From the NCBI GenBank assembly GCA_964361075.1, contig CAYHZL010000001.1, positions 1 to 62,969 on the forward strand: a DNA stretch of 62,969 bases, in the 5' to 3' direction. Origin of the DNA: an uncultured Chitinophagaceae bacterium. GTDB taxonomy: Bacteria; Bacteroidota; Ignavibacteria; UBA10030; UBA8401. Below, one piece after another: positions 62,791 through 62,969 of this stretch. Position 1 is the first letter of the stretch. Every line of letters starts with the position of its first letter. A model generated the notes under the pieces. It did no database searches and was not told where the DNA came from. It saw nothing but the letters and a program-made list of their open reading frames with translations. Position numbers and translations under genes: made by a program.

Positions 62791-62969
62791 AGAAAGATTC
62801 CTTTGGTTTGTGTTATTACTGTTCTAACAACTTCAAACACCATACCAAGAATAGATGCTGCTCTCTATCGAAAACCGACTATTTTTTGAGGAAATTTTTT
62901 CTTGAGAAGTTTGTTGAATAGTATGGGTGGAGATTATTAGCCAAATGATGGCGAGGGTAAATTTGATTT

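Overview
This 63-kb bacterial window is almost entirely minus-strand coding. It probably comes from a flagellated diderm of the FCB group (Ignavibacteria-like). That assignment is inferred from a T9SS-tailed protein, DUF3276 and DUF3109 genes, and full flagellar L/P-ring genes; no database search was possible. Content from left to right: (1) rfbC, rfbA and tmk. (2) A visibly AT-rich Type I R-M operon (hsdM-hsdS-...-hsdR) with three extra genes wedged between hsdS and hsdR: an HTH+ImmA/IrrE metalloprotease, a DUF4411/PIN-like protein and a Panacea/DUF4065-like protein. (3) An M14 peptidase, a CoA-binding protein and gcvP. (4) The conserved yceD-rpmF-plsX-fabH-fabD-fabG-acpP-fabF-rnc cluster, interrupted by an orphan hicB-like gene, a decayed hicA remnant and a DUF3109 gene. 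(5) Two convergent GT-C-type membrane proteins, a truncated PUR-like gene, a T9SS-tailed propeller protein, a PHP phosphoesterase, a Crp/Fnr regulator, a BamB-like lipoprotein and a peptidase-PD40-Omp85 fusion. (6) ptsI and ptsH. (7) An AT-rich Type II R-M pair inserted between a polyprenyl synthase gene and fni. (8) tRNA-Pro(UGG). (9) A motility and signalling region with two hybrid histidine kinases, several receivers, a degenerate HD-GYP response regulator coupled to motB, two motAB stator pairs, REC-HPt, csrA-fliW and flgLKNJIHAG. Nearly every sizeable intergenic gap holds modular palindromic or MITE-like elements. These include at least 10 perfect copies of the 14-bp palindrome TTCGCCGCGGCGAA and several element families with terminal inverted repeats and flanking direct repeats. 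The best candidate for an undescribed system is the three-gene toxin/antitoxin-like cassette in the Type I R-M operon, which sits in the slot PrrC occupies in the E. coli prr locus. All family assignments rest on motif recognition by eye and need HMM or structure confirmation.
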